DNA of 64,000 bases, taken from assembly GCF_963506605.1 (NCBI RefSeq), contig NC_083284.1, forward strand, positions 16,492,001 to 16,556,000, written 5' to 3'. Origin of the DNA: Zootoca vivipara. Taxonomy: Eukaryota. Below are positions 1-12,336 of the stretch, in pieces. The first letter of the stretch is position 1, and the number at the start of each line of letters is the position of its first letter. A program made the translations under genes and the position numbers. Under the pieces are notes generated by a model. It did not search any database. It had not been told where the DNA came from and worked only from the letters and a program-made list of their open reading frames with translations.

Positions 1-920
1 GCTCTTGATGATAATGATGATTAAAATCCTACTGTGCCCATCATTTGCAACATGGGCATCATTTTCTGTGGCTTGGGTTTGTTTATTTATTTCAGGCATT
101 TTTATCCCTACTTGTCAGCCAGGGGCTTATAGGATTGGGGCTAGGGACGGGTCAGATGCAGTGATTTATGCTCATTTGGAAGCTGAAATTAAATCTTTCT
201 GCAATTAATTGTCTTGATCCAAGTTGATAAAGGCTGGTCTGTGCTTCCTGAAAAAACAGCAACACAGAAATGCAATCAGCTGTTAAATATTTGAAACTGG
301 AAAATAAGCAGGCTTCATGTTGACTTATAAACATTACATGGACAACATTCAAATGAATATCCTTTTTTAAAAGTGGTTTGCATAGGAGTTTCTATTAGTT
401 TTCCTGTATCTTGGAAGCCACTCTTAACAGCTATGAAGATGAAGTAGAGTGTTTAGTGGCTCTCTTTTCTAGAAATGCTTATGAATTATTTTTGAGAGTA
501 TGGGACAGTAAATAACTTTCAGAGATGCAAAAAGCTACTGAGCTTATCATTTAGCCCAAGCATTTCAAGTAAAGGGCAGTAAACATTCCAGTTAATAAGA
601 CGATGTTCCCCATCTACATTTAATCTTCAACCAGACATGGAGTTTTTATGCTTGTGGTTGTACAGAGGATGACTCAATTGGAGTAAAGATGTGATATGTT
701 ATTCAGTGGCAGTCTACAGACCCCCTGGCAAGGACTGCAATTCACTTGGATGTATATTTTCATCTGCCTTCTTGTAATGGAAAAAGATTATGAGTTCCTC
801 CCCTCACATTTTTTTTTTTTAGCTTTATGCAGTTTTGCTAGGTGGCAAAGATTGTGTCACTCACAATAAAAGGTGCTCCTTAGTTTTGAGCAACTGAATT
901 AAAATGGCTTTAGTTTAGTG

Positions 921-1056
921 CAGGCATCCCCAAACTGCGACCCTCCAGATGTTTTAGCCTACAACTCCCATGATCCCTAGCTAATAGGACCAGTGGTCAG
1001 GGATGATGGGAATTGTAGTCCAAAACATCTGGAGGGCTGAAGTTTGGGGATGTCTG
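921..1056. mobile_element. Palindromic ~135-bp hAT-type MITE
   Basis: Termini caggcatccccaaact...agtttggggatgtctg; whole element is a hairpin; 8-bp TSD gtttagtg/gtctagtg. Confidence 0.85.
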
Positions 1057-1370
1057 GTCTAGTGCATGGGTTTCTAAAGTGTGGTCTGTAGATCACTAGT
1101 GGTTCACAAACTTCATCCAGGTGGTTTTTTGGTGGTGACTTTGCAGCCCAGTGTAGTCATGTTGTATGTGAAGAATGCTGCGTGCTTTTGTGTGTGTGTG
1201 AAGAATGGCAGACACAGGAGCTTCTCTGCCCTTCTTACAACCCAGCAGTCCACAAGGAATATGAATAGACTGGAACATAAGGGACAGGGGGAGGTGGCTC
1301 TGCCTTAATCAGAGGAATAAAACCATTGCTGGTGTCAAAACACAGAAAGATACCAAGCAGGGAAAAGAGA

Positions 1371-1496
1371 CAACCTTGGGTTCCCAGATGCTGTTGGAGT
1401 ACAACTCCCATCATCCCTGACCCCTGGCCCTGGTAGCTTGGAATGATGGGAGTTGTACTCCAACAACATCTGGGAACCCAAGGATGAAAAAGGCTG
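1371..1496. mobile_element. Palindromic MITE (related family)
   Basis: Inverted arms ccttgggttcccagatg...catctgggaacccaagg with the tacaactcccatcat/atgatgggagttgta core. Confidence 0.75.
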
Positions 1497-1536
1497 CTAT
1501 AGACTGTACTGAGCTAGATGGACCAATGGTCTGAAC

Positions 1537-1672
1537 CAGGCACATGCAGCCTTGGCTTTCCAGATGTTTTGGAACTACAACTCCCACGATCCCTAGCCAA
1601 CAGGGCCAGTGGTCTGGGATCATGCGAGTTGTAGTTCCAAAACATCTGGAGAGCCAAGATTGCCTATGCCTG
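1537..1672. mobile_element. Palindromic hAT MITE inserted at a SINE/CR1 tail remnant
   Basis: caggca...tgcctg termini; (g)tctgaac duplicated on both sides; preceded by tactgagctagatggaccaatggtctga. Confidence 0.8.
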
Positions 1673-2121
1673 TCTGAACTGTTATAATGGGACATCCCTA
1701 TATTCCCAGTATTCTCTAGCCAGACTGGCAGCAGCTCTTCCTGGTCTTTCCCGTCAACTGCTACCTGCTGGCAATGCAAGGCAATGAAAGTGGTCTCAGC
1801 CAAATTTTCACGGACTTACCGTAGACCCCCTCCCCCCAAAAAACCCAACAACAACAAACCTGCATATAAAAAGGGGGAAGTTGTTGTCAAACCACTATTT
1901 TGTGGGCATGGAACCTTTTACAGTTTGAGGGGCACATTTCCAACCAAGCAATCTTTCGGGGAGCACAGGCCTGTAGTGTGTGGTGTCAGATTCAAAAGTG
2001 GGCAAAGCAACAAATGTATATTTTATCTTGGTACAGTAGGCTTCTCTCTACACCCACACAGAAACACCTCTGTATCCTCTATCTAGGTAACCTTGAGACA
2101 TGAGATTTCAAGAACACATTC

Positions 2122-2212
2122 TAGCCTGCTTGCGAGCTTCCCACAGGCATGTGGCTGGCCACAGTGAGATCCTGATGCTGGACTACATGGACCATTGGCC
2201 TAATCCAGCAGA
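2122..2212 (+). mobile_element. CR1-type 3' tail remnant
   Basis: ggctggccacagtgag...gatgctggactacatggaccattggcctaatccagca; same motif recurs at 59870-60023. Confidence 0.6.
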
Positions 2213-3025
2213 TTTGGGGCGCCATGATCTTGTGCAATTTTGTACTGCGATCTCCCCTTGGAAAAAGTGCGTTTTGGAGCTCTACGCAGGATTGCTGCCT
2301 GGAAAAAGTTGTTTTTCTGGGGGAAATTGCGGTGCAAAACCGCACGAGAACACGGGGCCCAATATGGTCTCCAAGCTCTCAAAAGAAAAAAAGGGACACA
2401 TTAAGGGTATGTAACTTACCTGTGTAGGCCTTTTTTGAAGTCTGGTTGAGCTCTTAGTTTTCAGGTCTGTGGTCCATTGGAGTAGACCCTTTTGCACATT
2501 TGGTAAACTAGCTTGAAGGGGAAATAACAAAATTTTCCCTGGGCAAAAACTGGATCCATCCCACGCCCTTCCCACCGCTGCTTTTAGACATAAGTGGGAG
2601 GAAGCATGTCCATAAGATGATGTGGCATGCAGCATATAGATAGAAGGCACAGAAATGAATAATCTGTGTAAGAGCATAAATTCACAATACAGCTTTCAAA
2701 TGCTGAAAAGAATATCCAGAATGTTAGCAAACACACAGCCTTTGAATAGTTTGGGGTATGTGCCTCTGGGTATGTGTGCACCCACATGATCCATTATTTC
2801 CAACAGTTGAACAAAAATGTTATGTATGTTTGCAAACAGACAGTAATAACTGATTTAAGGCTGACATTCATTTGTAACGATAATTTCCTGTCCTTTACAT
2901 TGTTTGCTTTGCTAGTTAAAAACGGAGCTCTGTAAATGAAATTTCAAGTGACCCTTTCGCTAGAGAATTATTAATGCAATGTTATAATAGATACACTATT
3001 ACTTAATATTATTGGGATTCTGTCT

Positions 3026-3039
3026 GTTTCCATAGCAAC
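3026..3039. promoter_or_regulatory. RFX X-box motif
   Basis: GTTTCCATAGCAAC matches the RFX consensus and lies in apparently non-repeat sequence. Confidence 0.4.
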
Positions 3040-3854
3040 CATGGGCCTATGTCTGCTCCACTGGTAAACATGGTATTAAATCATTCCTTGATAAAGGCTT
3101 CTTTTCCTGAAATGTCAGACTTTCATCCTTTACCACACTCCCCTCTCTCAAATGGCCTTTTGTGTGTGTGAATGTGATGTTTGTAAAGAATGAGATAACA
3201 AAATTAGTGTGGAAAGGACTCTTGTTACTGGCCTTGTCTATGTATATATATGGTAATAGGAGTTGGGGGAACAGACTGTACCACTGCAAGTGGGTGGGTG
3301 TGTCATATTTTTGAATTCTCTATGTGAGAAACAAAAACAAAGCAAAAAACAACAACAACTTTACAAATATATATAAAAAAAACAGGATGACAGACAAATG
3401 TCTGGGATAGAACTTTTCTCCCTGTCATGTCAGTTTCCTGTCATGATTTTAAATATTTTTTTTATTTTTTAAAAAATACATACATAAAATTACATGGAAC
3501 ATTCCAAGCTGAGGCAACTGCCTCAGACAACAGATATTATTTGGGTGTCATAACAAGGCAGTAAACCACTAGCTATTTACAGCGCAACATATATTTGCCT
3601 AAGTAAGTCTAATTGCAATCTTACTGTTCAACAGGATTGTACCCTTACTGTTGTACCCTTACCCCTGCTTTGGTTTGTTTGTTTCTTTGATTTGTTTGTT
3701 TGTTTATGCATGCTTATGTTTATTACTGTTTTTGAGCAGTTCCCTAGACCGCATGGTTGGGAGGCTGCCTGCTCTTGGTGGGGCTACACTCCCTCTAAAG
3801 GAGCAGATGGATACACAGTGTGGGGGTCCTTCGGGGTCCATTGCTGTTGCTTGA

Positions 3855-4559
3855 GGCTCAGGCGGCCTCAGTGTCCCGTGCCTCCCATCCTCTTTGGCTG
3901 ATAGCCCAGCTGCACCCCTATCTGGAAAAGGATAGCATAACCTCCGTTGTCTATGCCCTGGTAACCTCTAGGCTAGGTTACTGCAACATGTTATACATAG
4001 GGCTTCCCCTGAAGACGGTTTGGAAGCTTCAGCTGGTGCAGAATTCAGCGGCCAGGATGTTCGCCGGGGCAAGGCGGTTTATGCATATCACACCAAACCG
4101 GCACTGGTTTCTGGGCCCAATTAAAAGCGCTGCCTCTGACCTATAAAACAGCACCTCAAGGACCACCTCTCACCCATATGAACTGACCCGAAACTGGCGA
4201 TCGTCATCTGAGGTGCTTATTCGTGTGCCTCTTCCACAAGAGGTCCAGAGAATGGCAACATGGGAACAGGCCTTTTCTGTGGTGGCTCCCTATTTGTGGA
4301 ATGTTCTCCCCAGAGAGGCTTTCCTAGTACCTTCATTACATATCTGTAGGTGCCAGGCGGAAACATTTCTCTATAACCAATCTTGTGGCTAATTCATCAA
4401 TCTATAGCCTTTTAAACTGTGTGTGTTTGAGGGGGGGGGTGTTATTGTATCCTTTGTTGTTATGTTACTATTTTGATGTTTTTATAGTGTAAACTGCCCA
4501 ATCCTCAGAGTGAAGAGTGGTACTTAAATTTAATAATTAAAATAAATAATAAATAAATA
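3855..4559 (+). mobile_element. L2-clade LINE 3' fragment
   Basis: Encodes ...VVYALVTSRLGYCNMLYIGLPLKTVWKLQLVQNSAARM...HITP, a typical L2 ORF2 C-terminus; ends in an (AAAT)n tail. Confidence 0.85.
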
Positions 4560-6504
4560 CTAGACGTCTAATGATGTTCACCTGCTTGAATAATTTATAT
4601 TCTGGTTTCCCCCTACACACACGGTCGAGATCCCCATGTGCCCCCTGAAACTGCCCCAGAGGATTCCCAAACTCTCCAGGTCATATTTTGAGGGTGCACT
4701 GGAGAAGGAAGAGGAAGACGTTCTGCTCATTCTATGTTGGATCGTTAATGTTGTTGTTGTTGTTGGATCGTTAATGTTGTTGTTGTTGTCAGGAAAGGAA
4801 AGAAGTGTTCCTGCCTCTCGGGTGTCAGAATAATTTGTCTGCCAACAGCAGTAGTACAAAGCAGGTTGTAATAAAAAAAAGTGACCCAAATATATATTTT
4901 AGAGGGCCTTGTCACAGATCAAGTAGCTGCAAAACTGGGTTTCTGGCTGAATGTGTTGTTGGTTTATAAATTACATTTTGTTATGAAAAGAATAATAGCA
5001 CTGAAAAGTGTATGTGTTTCATACATATGCTGTGAAATAAAATAAATATGCTCAACAGGGACTTGCTACCAATACTGGCTCTCTGATGACTATATCTGCA
5101 TAATACATGTACTTGCCTCATTTGCGTGTCACATTCTTAGATGGGCATATTTTATATTTAATTTTCAGTAAGTATTATGATTAAAGGCATACGAGAATAC
5201 AGAGAGAAGCTGCTGCCAGATCTCTTGGGTAATGATAACGTTTATGACAATCGCTTGACATGAAGTGGATGAGGTACAATGGCAAGTTCATGAAATGGAT
5301 TGCTATGGACAGTTCACCAAGCTCCCCATTTGTCACAGTCAAAAAGCAGGTTTGTGACATGCTTGTCACTTCTGATATGTACTGAGAGACAATAAAAAGC
5401 TGTCATGGGTGGTTGACAGTATGAATGGATGGAGAATTTAGAAGAGGGCAGACAGGAGCTGAGACCGAATGGAGATTAATTTTCTTAAACAATGTTACTT
5501 GACCTAATCTATCCCCTGAACAATATTTTGGCTCAACAGTTGTTGGTTTTCTTTCTTTCAATATAGAAAGAAAACCAACATTTTCCTCAAATGAAAATAA
5601 TATTTCCAATAGGCGGCTTTGCAGGAAACTCCTTGTTCTGTTTAGCTTTGAATTTCTAAATTCTTTATAGTGATGGTGGTTATGATGATATCTGTAATCT
5701 TTTAGACTAGCACAATCTATTTACAGTAAAATAGCAGCTTCCGCATGCCTCCAGGCAGACAGATACCTCTTTAAATTAATGTTTCAAATCGGTGAAATAG
5801 GGCTAAGAAATAGCCAGCTGTTGAGGTGTGATGCTAGAAGCATTTATTTAATGCTGTCCCATCTGTTTTAGGGCACTGGATTAGTGCAAGGTGTGCAGTT
5901 TAGTTTCTGTGTGTTTATAAAAAGGGTTTGAATTGATATAATTATTGTGCAGTATATCTACTGTCAGCATCTTCCAAATGTAGGCATAGGGAAAACAAGC
6001 CAGCCAATGCATAGTAGTTGTCAGCCTCATTGATTTCATGAGGGTTTTATACCCACTTACTTGGGAGTAGCTCTATTGAACTAAGTGAGAAAGAAGATTT
6101 AATGGAAGCTCTATGTGCATGCATGAAGTGGAGGCTGGTCCATTAGGGTCAATGGGGCATTGCCCTACCAACCCTGCCCTCAGCCAGTTGCTACGAGCAG
6201 TTCAGGGGGTGCTCAGCAGGGAGGAAGATGCAAACAAAACTAGAATGAATTGGCTATATTGATCTTTCCCTCCAGGTATGCCTGTCATTGACTCTATCTA
6301 TTATTTGGGCTCCCAGCTCATCCGTCTCCCCAGTCCCAATAGGTAGCAGCAGCAGCAGCAGCTTTTTGTTGTTGTTGTTTAGTCATTTAGTCATGTCCGA
6401 CTCTTCATGACCCCATAGACCAGAGCACGCCAGGCACTTCTGTCTTCCACTGCCTCCCGCAGCTTGGTCAAACTCATGTTCGTAGTTTCGAGAACACTGT
6501 CCAA

Positions 6505-6883
6505 TACCCTCCAACTCCCGGTAAGAAAAAATCTGGGATCAGCAGCAGCGCTGCACCGGAAGTCGCTTCTACACATGCCTGGACATGCGTAGAAGCAACT
6601 TCCGGTGCTGGCGTTGCCCGATTTCTGGTGCCCAGACATGGGCAGAGCGGCACTGCGTAGAAGCGACTTCCAGTGCCGCTCTGCTCGATTTCCGGTGCCC
6701 AGACATGGGCAGAGCGGCACCCGAAATCAGTTATGTGCATGTCCAGTCATGCACAGAAGGAGCCTCCCTGGCAGGTAGGAAATCCGGGGGATTTACGGGA
6801 TTTTTCTCTATTCGGGATAACAGCGGGAAATGAGTTTAAATACGGGGGTTTCCCATGAAAAATGGGATACTTGGCAGCACAAA
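6505..6883. mobile_element. CpG-rich non-autonomous element nested in the BovB 3' region
   Basis: Interrupts BovB ...cactgtccaa|catctcgtcctc. Starts taccctccaac; contains an internal hairpin gcaccggaagtcgcttctac...gtagaagcaacttccggtgc and two ~60-bp direct repeats. Confidence 0.75.
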
Positions 6884-9800
6884 CATCTCGTCCTCTGTCG
6901 TCCACTTCTCCTTGTGCCCTCAATCTTTCCCAACATCAGGGTCTTTTCCTGGGAGTCTTCTCTTCTCATGAAGTGGCCAGAGTACTGGAGCCTCAGCTTC
7001 AGGATATGTACTTCCAGTGAGCACTCAGGGCTGATTTCCTTCAGAATGGATAGGTTTGATCTTCTTGCAGTCCATGGGACTCTCAAGAGTCTCCTCCAGC
7101 ACCATGATTCAAAAGCATCAATTCTTCGGTGATCAGCCTTCTTTATGGTCCAACTCTCACTTCCATACATCATTACTGGGAAAACCATAGCTTTAACTAT
7201 ATGGACCTTCGTCGGCAAAGTGATATCTCTGCTTTTTAAGATCTTGTATACGTTTGTCATTGCTACTGCTGAATAAATGGGTCTTCCACTTTGAATGGTG
7301 TCCCTTATCTGTGTTAGTAAGAAAGCAACACTGCCTCTTTGTAGTTATTTAAAGAACAACGTTAAGACTTTGTGTCTTTTAATTTCGTGACTGCTGTCAC
7401 CATCTGCAGTGATCAAGGAGCCCAAGAAGGTGAAATCTCTCACTGCCTCCATTTCTTCTCCTTCTATTTGCCAGGAGGTGATGGGACCAGTGGCCATGAT
7501 CTTGGTTTTTTTGATGTTGAGCTTCAGACCATATTTTGCGCTCTCTTCTTTCACCCTCGTTAAAAGGTTCTTTAATTCCTCCTCACTTTCTGCCATCAAG
7601 GTCGTGCCATCTGCATATCTGAGGTTGTTGATATTTCTTCCGGCAATCTTAATTCCGGCTTGGGATTCATCTAGTCCAGCCTTTCGCATGATGAATTCTG
7701 CATATAAGTTAAATAAGCAGGGAGACAATATACAACCTTGTCGTACTCCTTTCCCAATTTTGAACCACTCAGTTGTTCCATATCCAGTTCTAACTGTAGC
7801 TTCTTGTCCCACATAGAGATTTCTCAGGAGACAGATGAGGTGATCAGGCACTCCCATTTCTTTAAGAACTTGCCATAGTTTGCTGCGGTCGACACAGTCA
7901 AAGGCTTTTGCATAGTCAATGAAGCAGAAGTAGACGTTTTTCTGGAACTCTCTAGCTTTCTCCATAATCCAGCGCATGTTTGCTATTTGGTCTCTGGTTC
8001 CTCTGCCCTTTCGAAATCCAGCTTGCACTTCTGGGAGTTCTCGGTCCACATACTGCTTAAGCCTGCCTTGTAGAATTTTAAGCATAACCTTGCTAGCGTG
8101 TGGAATGAGTGCAATTGTGCGGTAGTTGGAGCATTCTTTGGCACTGCCCTTCTTTGGAATTGGGATGTAGACTGATCTTCTCCAATCCTCTGGCCATTGC
8201 TGAGTTTTCCAAACTTGCTGGCATATTGGGTGTAGCACCTTAACAGCATCATCTTTTAAAATTTTAAATAGTTCAGCTGGAATATCATCACTTCCACTGG
8301 CCTTGTTATTAGCAGTGCTTTCTAAGGCCCCTTTGACTTCACTCTCCAAGATGTCTGGCTCAAGGTCAGCAACCACACTACCTGGGGTGTACGAGACCTC
8401 CATATCTTTCTGGTATAATTCCTCTGTGTATTCTTGCCACCTCTTCTTGATGTCTTCTGCTTCTGTTAGGTCCTTACCACTTTTGTCCTTGATTATGGTA
8501 ATCTTTGTACGAAATGTTCCTTTCATGTCTCCAATTTTCTTGAACAGATCTCTGGTTTTCCCCATTCTATTGTTTTCCTCTATTTCTTTGCATTGCTCAT
8601 TTAAGAAGACCCTCTTGTCTCTCCTTGCTGTTTTTTGGAAATCTGCATTCAGTTTCCTGTATCTTTCCCTATCTCCCTTGCATTTTGCTTGCCTCCTCTC
8701 CTCCGCTATTTGTAAGGCCTCGTTGGACAGCCATTTTGCTTTCTTGCATTTCCTTTTCCTTGGGATGGTTTTCGTTGCTGCCTTCTGTATAATGTTACGA
8801 GCCTCCATCCATAGTTCTTCAGGCACTCTGTCCACCAAATCTAAGTCCTTAAACCTGTTCCTCACTTCCACTGTGTATTCATAAGGGATTTGATTCAGAT
8901 TGTATCTTACTGGCCCAGTGGTTTTTCCTACTTTCTTCAGTTTAAGCTGGAATTTTGCTATAAGAAGCTGATGATCTGAGTTACAGTCAGCTCCAGGTCT
9001 TGTTTTTGCTGACTGTATAGAGCTTCTCCATCTTTGGCTGCAGAGAATATAATCAATCTGATTTCGATGCTGCCCATTTGGTGATATCCATGTGTAGAGT
9101 CGTCTCTTGTGTTGTTGGAAGAGAGTGTTTGTGATGACCAGCTTGTTCTCTTGACAGAACTCTATTAGCCTTTGCCCTGCTTCATTTTGAACTCCCAGGC
9201 CAAACTTGCCAGTTGTTCCTTTTATCTCTTGATTCCCTACTTTAGCATTCCAATCCCCTGTAATGAGAAGAACATCCTTCTTTGGTGTCATTTCTAGAAG
9301 GTGTTGTAGGTCTTCATAGAATTGGTCAATTTCACTTTCTTCAGCTCCGGTAGTTGGTGCATAAACTTGGATTACTGTGATGTTAAAAGGTCTGCCTTGG
9401 ATTCGTATCGAGATCATTCTGTCATTTTTGAGATTGCATCCCATTACAGCTTTTGCCACTCTTTTGTTGACTATGAGGGCCACTCCATTTCTACTACGGG
9501 ATTCTTGCCCACAGTAGTAGATATGATAGTCACCTGAACTGAATTCGCCCATTCCCTTCCATTTTAGTTCACTGATGCCCAGGATGTCGATATTTATTCT
9601 TGTCATCTCATTTTTGACCACATCCAGCTTACCTCCATTCATGGTTCTTACATTCCAGGTTCCTATGCAATATTTTTCTTTACAGCATCAGACTTTCCTT
9701 TCGCTTCCAGGCATATCCGCAACTGAGCGTCCTTTCGGCTTTGGCCCAGCCGCTTCATCAGCTCTGAATCTACTTGTACTTGTCCTCTGCTCTTCCTCAG

Positions 9801-9948
9801 TAGCATGTTGGACGCCTTCCAACCTGAGGGGCTCATCTTCCAGCGTCATAACTTTTATATGCCTGCTGTCTTTGTCCATGGAGTTTTCTTGGCAGGGATA
9901 CTGGAGTGGCTTGCCAGTTCCTTCTCCAGGTGGATCACGTTTAGTCAA
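6884..9948 (-). pseudogene. BovB endonuclease-reverse transcriptase ORF, disrupted
   Basis: ORF pieces 9948-9688, 9642-7372 (GISELKW, VYAPT, GDWNAKVG, QIDYIL, SDH, GVRQGCILSP, YADG) and 7260-6884. In-frame TGA at 9688-9690, YADD changed to YADG, and insertions at 7265-7371 and 6505-6883. Confidence 0.92.
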
Positions 9949-11945
9949 AACTCTCCACTATGACCTGTCCATCTTGGGTAGCCCTGCATGGCATAGCTCA
10001 TAGCTTCTCTGAGTTATTCAAGCCCCTTCGCCACGACAAGGCATTGATCCATGAAGGGGATAATAATAATAGTAATAATATATTCTGAGATTAAACACAG
10101 TTTGGAAAAGCTTTTTAGAGCTCTTCAGAGTTTTCTGCAGCTCACTGAACAAACACATTATTTTAAAAATCAACAAGCAGGAAATAAAGTAGCATGCTTC
10201 TATACAGCCACAGCTAATAGCTGGGAATGGCTGGCTGGAACCCTGAATAGAAGCACTCCTTTCAATAGAAAGGATACAGGCAGATCCCTCTTTCCAAACA
10301 TAATGCATTCCCAGGAAATTGTTCATTAGGCAAGTGTTCACATAATGAGCTGACAATTTTTATCATTTCCTATCGGAACATTTCTAATGCATGATTTGTC
10401 CAATTCCCCCCCCCCCCTCAGTTTCTTCCTGAACCACGAAAACAGAGACAAAGGGGCGTGCAGGATGACTTGGACCAGTCTAATATCTACCATGGTGTGT
10501 AAGAAGAAATGCCATTGAGGTGGCTCTGATGACTTCTTTGCTCCTGCAATGAAGCAAAGTACAGGCGACTACCAAATCACACGAGGTTTCCGTTCCTGGC
10601 ACCCCCACACGTGTCGGCAGAGTGCACAGAAGCGCCCCCTGCCTTGTTACATCTTGCCTCTGTTACGTTCTTGTTCCATCCCTCTTCTTCCCTCTTCTGG
10701 GTACAAAAGGACCCGTGTTTCAGTGATCACACATCATATGGACATGCCTAAAATGGTCACTTTTGCATGGGAGCTTTTGAATGGAAGCTTTTGCATCATC
10801 CAATGTGCTCCACCTCATGATAATCAGATCCTTTTACCTAATCTGTATTTTTGGCTAAATTCTGGTGCTATTTTATATTGTTCTGATCAATTTATTGCCT
10901 GCACTGCACTTTTATTTTATTAATAAATATTAAAGTTGGGGGGACATTGCACCAATAGTTACGGTGGAACACAAATAAGCCACATCATACCATACAACCA
11001 TAGCATATTTCTCTTTCTTCTGGGCCTTTGCTCTACTGGAATGAATTTTTTTTATTTTGTTTTTACTCTTAAACTGTTTGTCTACAGAAACAGCAATGTT
11101 GAGTAACCAAGTACTGCAGGATTTATATTTTTCTTCTGACAACCTCTCATACATTTCACTAGAAAACATGATTATTTGATGGCTGCATTCAGGAGCCGAA
11201 TACATTTAATCTGCTCACAGCATATGAAAGGCATCCAGAAAGCTTTACATTAGATACACAGAGGTTCTTGGTATGTCAGCAGTGAAATCAGCATTTTGTA
11301 AGTCTTCTTCCTATTTCCTGGTTTCCATGTAATTTTATTTTCTCTTTGAAGTCTGTGGAAGAGTCCAGAAGGGGGAGCCTTTCATTATGCCCATGAATTA
11401 TTCAGTTATGGTTCTTAGAGTTAACATTGCTTTAAATGGCTTAAAGGTTTTGCTTTTTATGACTGTGTGCCATGCTTCTCAGTTAAAATCTTTGAATTAG
11501 TTGTTGCTAGAAACACTTTCAGTCTTTAATTTGTATGATTCTGTTCTAAAAAAAAAATATGTTCAAAACATTTCTGTTATCTGCGGATAATTTTTAGGCA
11601 TATACTGTAATATTGCAAGTCATGGGTTTGTTCTCATGGGCTTGGCCTGTAGGTAAAATAGTTGAAGGGAAGGTATATCTGTTTTCTCTTTAAATTCTGC
11701 AATCTTCTTTATCTTCTTCTTTTTGAAACATATAGCACTGTGTGTCACTGCTCTCTGGTGAAAGACTAGATGGAGTTAGAGAGATCATGAGAGGCTCTGC
11801 GAATCTCCCACTGTGCAAGATCATGACATATATCAGGGATGGGGAACCTAATGCTTAAGGGTCAAAATTCATCTCTCTAGACCTCTCTATCTGACCCTCA
11901 GGGCACTTCCATTATCTCCAGTGTAGAAAGCTAAAATTTACAGTA

Positions 11946-12176
11946 CAGTCATACCTCGACATCCGAACGCTTCAACTTCCAAAGGTTTCGTCTTCTGAAG
12001 TCGACAACCCCGGAAGTCTTTTCGCCCCGCGCGCCCGGCATGCGCAGTCTGCGCATGCGCAGAATGCGTGAAATCGCTCTTCGCGCATGCGCGCAAGCAG
12101 CACTGTGACATCTGAAAACCTCGACTTACGAAGACGGCTGCAGAACGGATTGTCTTCGTAAGTCGAGGTACCACTG
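11946..12176. mobile_element. Tc1/mariner-pogo (Tigger-like) MITE
   Basis: TA|cagtcatacctcgac...gtcgaggtaccactg|TA; CpG-rich core with gcgcatgcgc repeats. Confidence 0.85.
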
Positions 12177-12191
12177 TAGTTTATCTTCAAG

Positions 12192-12336
12192 TGGGGATAG
12201 CTCAGTTGGTAGAGCATGAGACTCTTAATCTCAGGGTTGTGGGTTCGAGCCCCACATTGGGCAAAAGATTCCTGCATTGCAGGGGTTTGGACTAGATGAC
12301 CCTTGTGATCCCTGCCAACTCTACAATTCTAGGATT
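12192..12336 (+). mobile_element. tRNA-Lys(CTT)-headed SINE with CR1-type tail
   Basis: A box tagctcagttggtagagc, anticodon arm gactcttaatc, B box ggttcgagccc; tail gattcctgcattgcaggg...ggactagatgacc...ccaactctacaattct. Confidence 0.85.

Larger units (their letters stand above)
6367..10060 (-). mobile_element. BovB (RTE clade) LINE, near full-length, inactivated, with two nested insertions
   Basis: APE endonuclease plus RT ORF; 3' end ggggtcatgaagagtcggacatgactaaatgactaaac(aac)n; BovB-like 5' region to about 10060. Confidence 0.96.

Noticed and set aside
921-1672. Clustered palindromic repeats resembling a CRISPR or REP array
   Set aside because: Eukaryotic context; irregular spacing; 8-bp TSDs identify them as dispersed hAT MITEs.
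7409-10003. Plus-strand ORFs of 135, 193 and 142 aa
   Set aside because: Antisense shadows of the BovB reading frame.
10631-10645. CTCF-like motif agcgccccctgcc (also tgccacctgctg near 24714)
   Set aside because: Partial matches are expected by chance in 64 kb; no supporting context.
12192-12262. Functional tRNA-Lys(CTT) gene
   Set aside because: Acceptor stem does not pair well, there is no poly-T terminator, and it runs directly into a CR1-type tail, so it is a SINE head.
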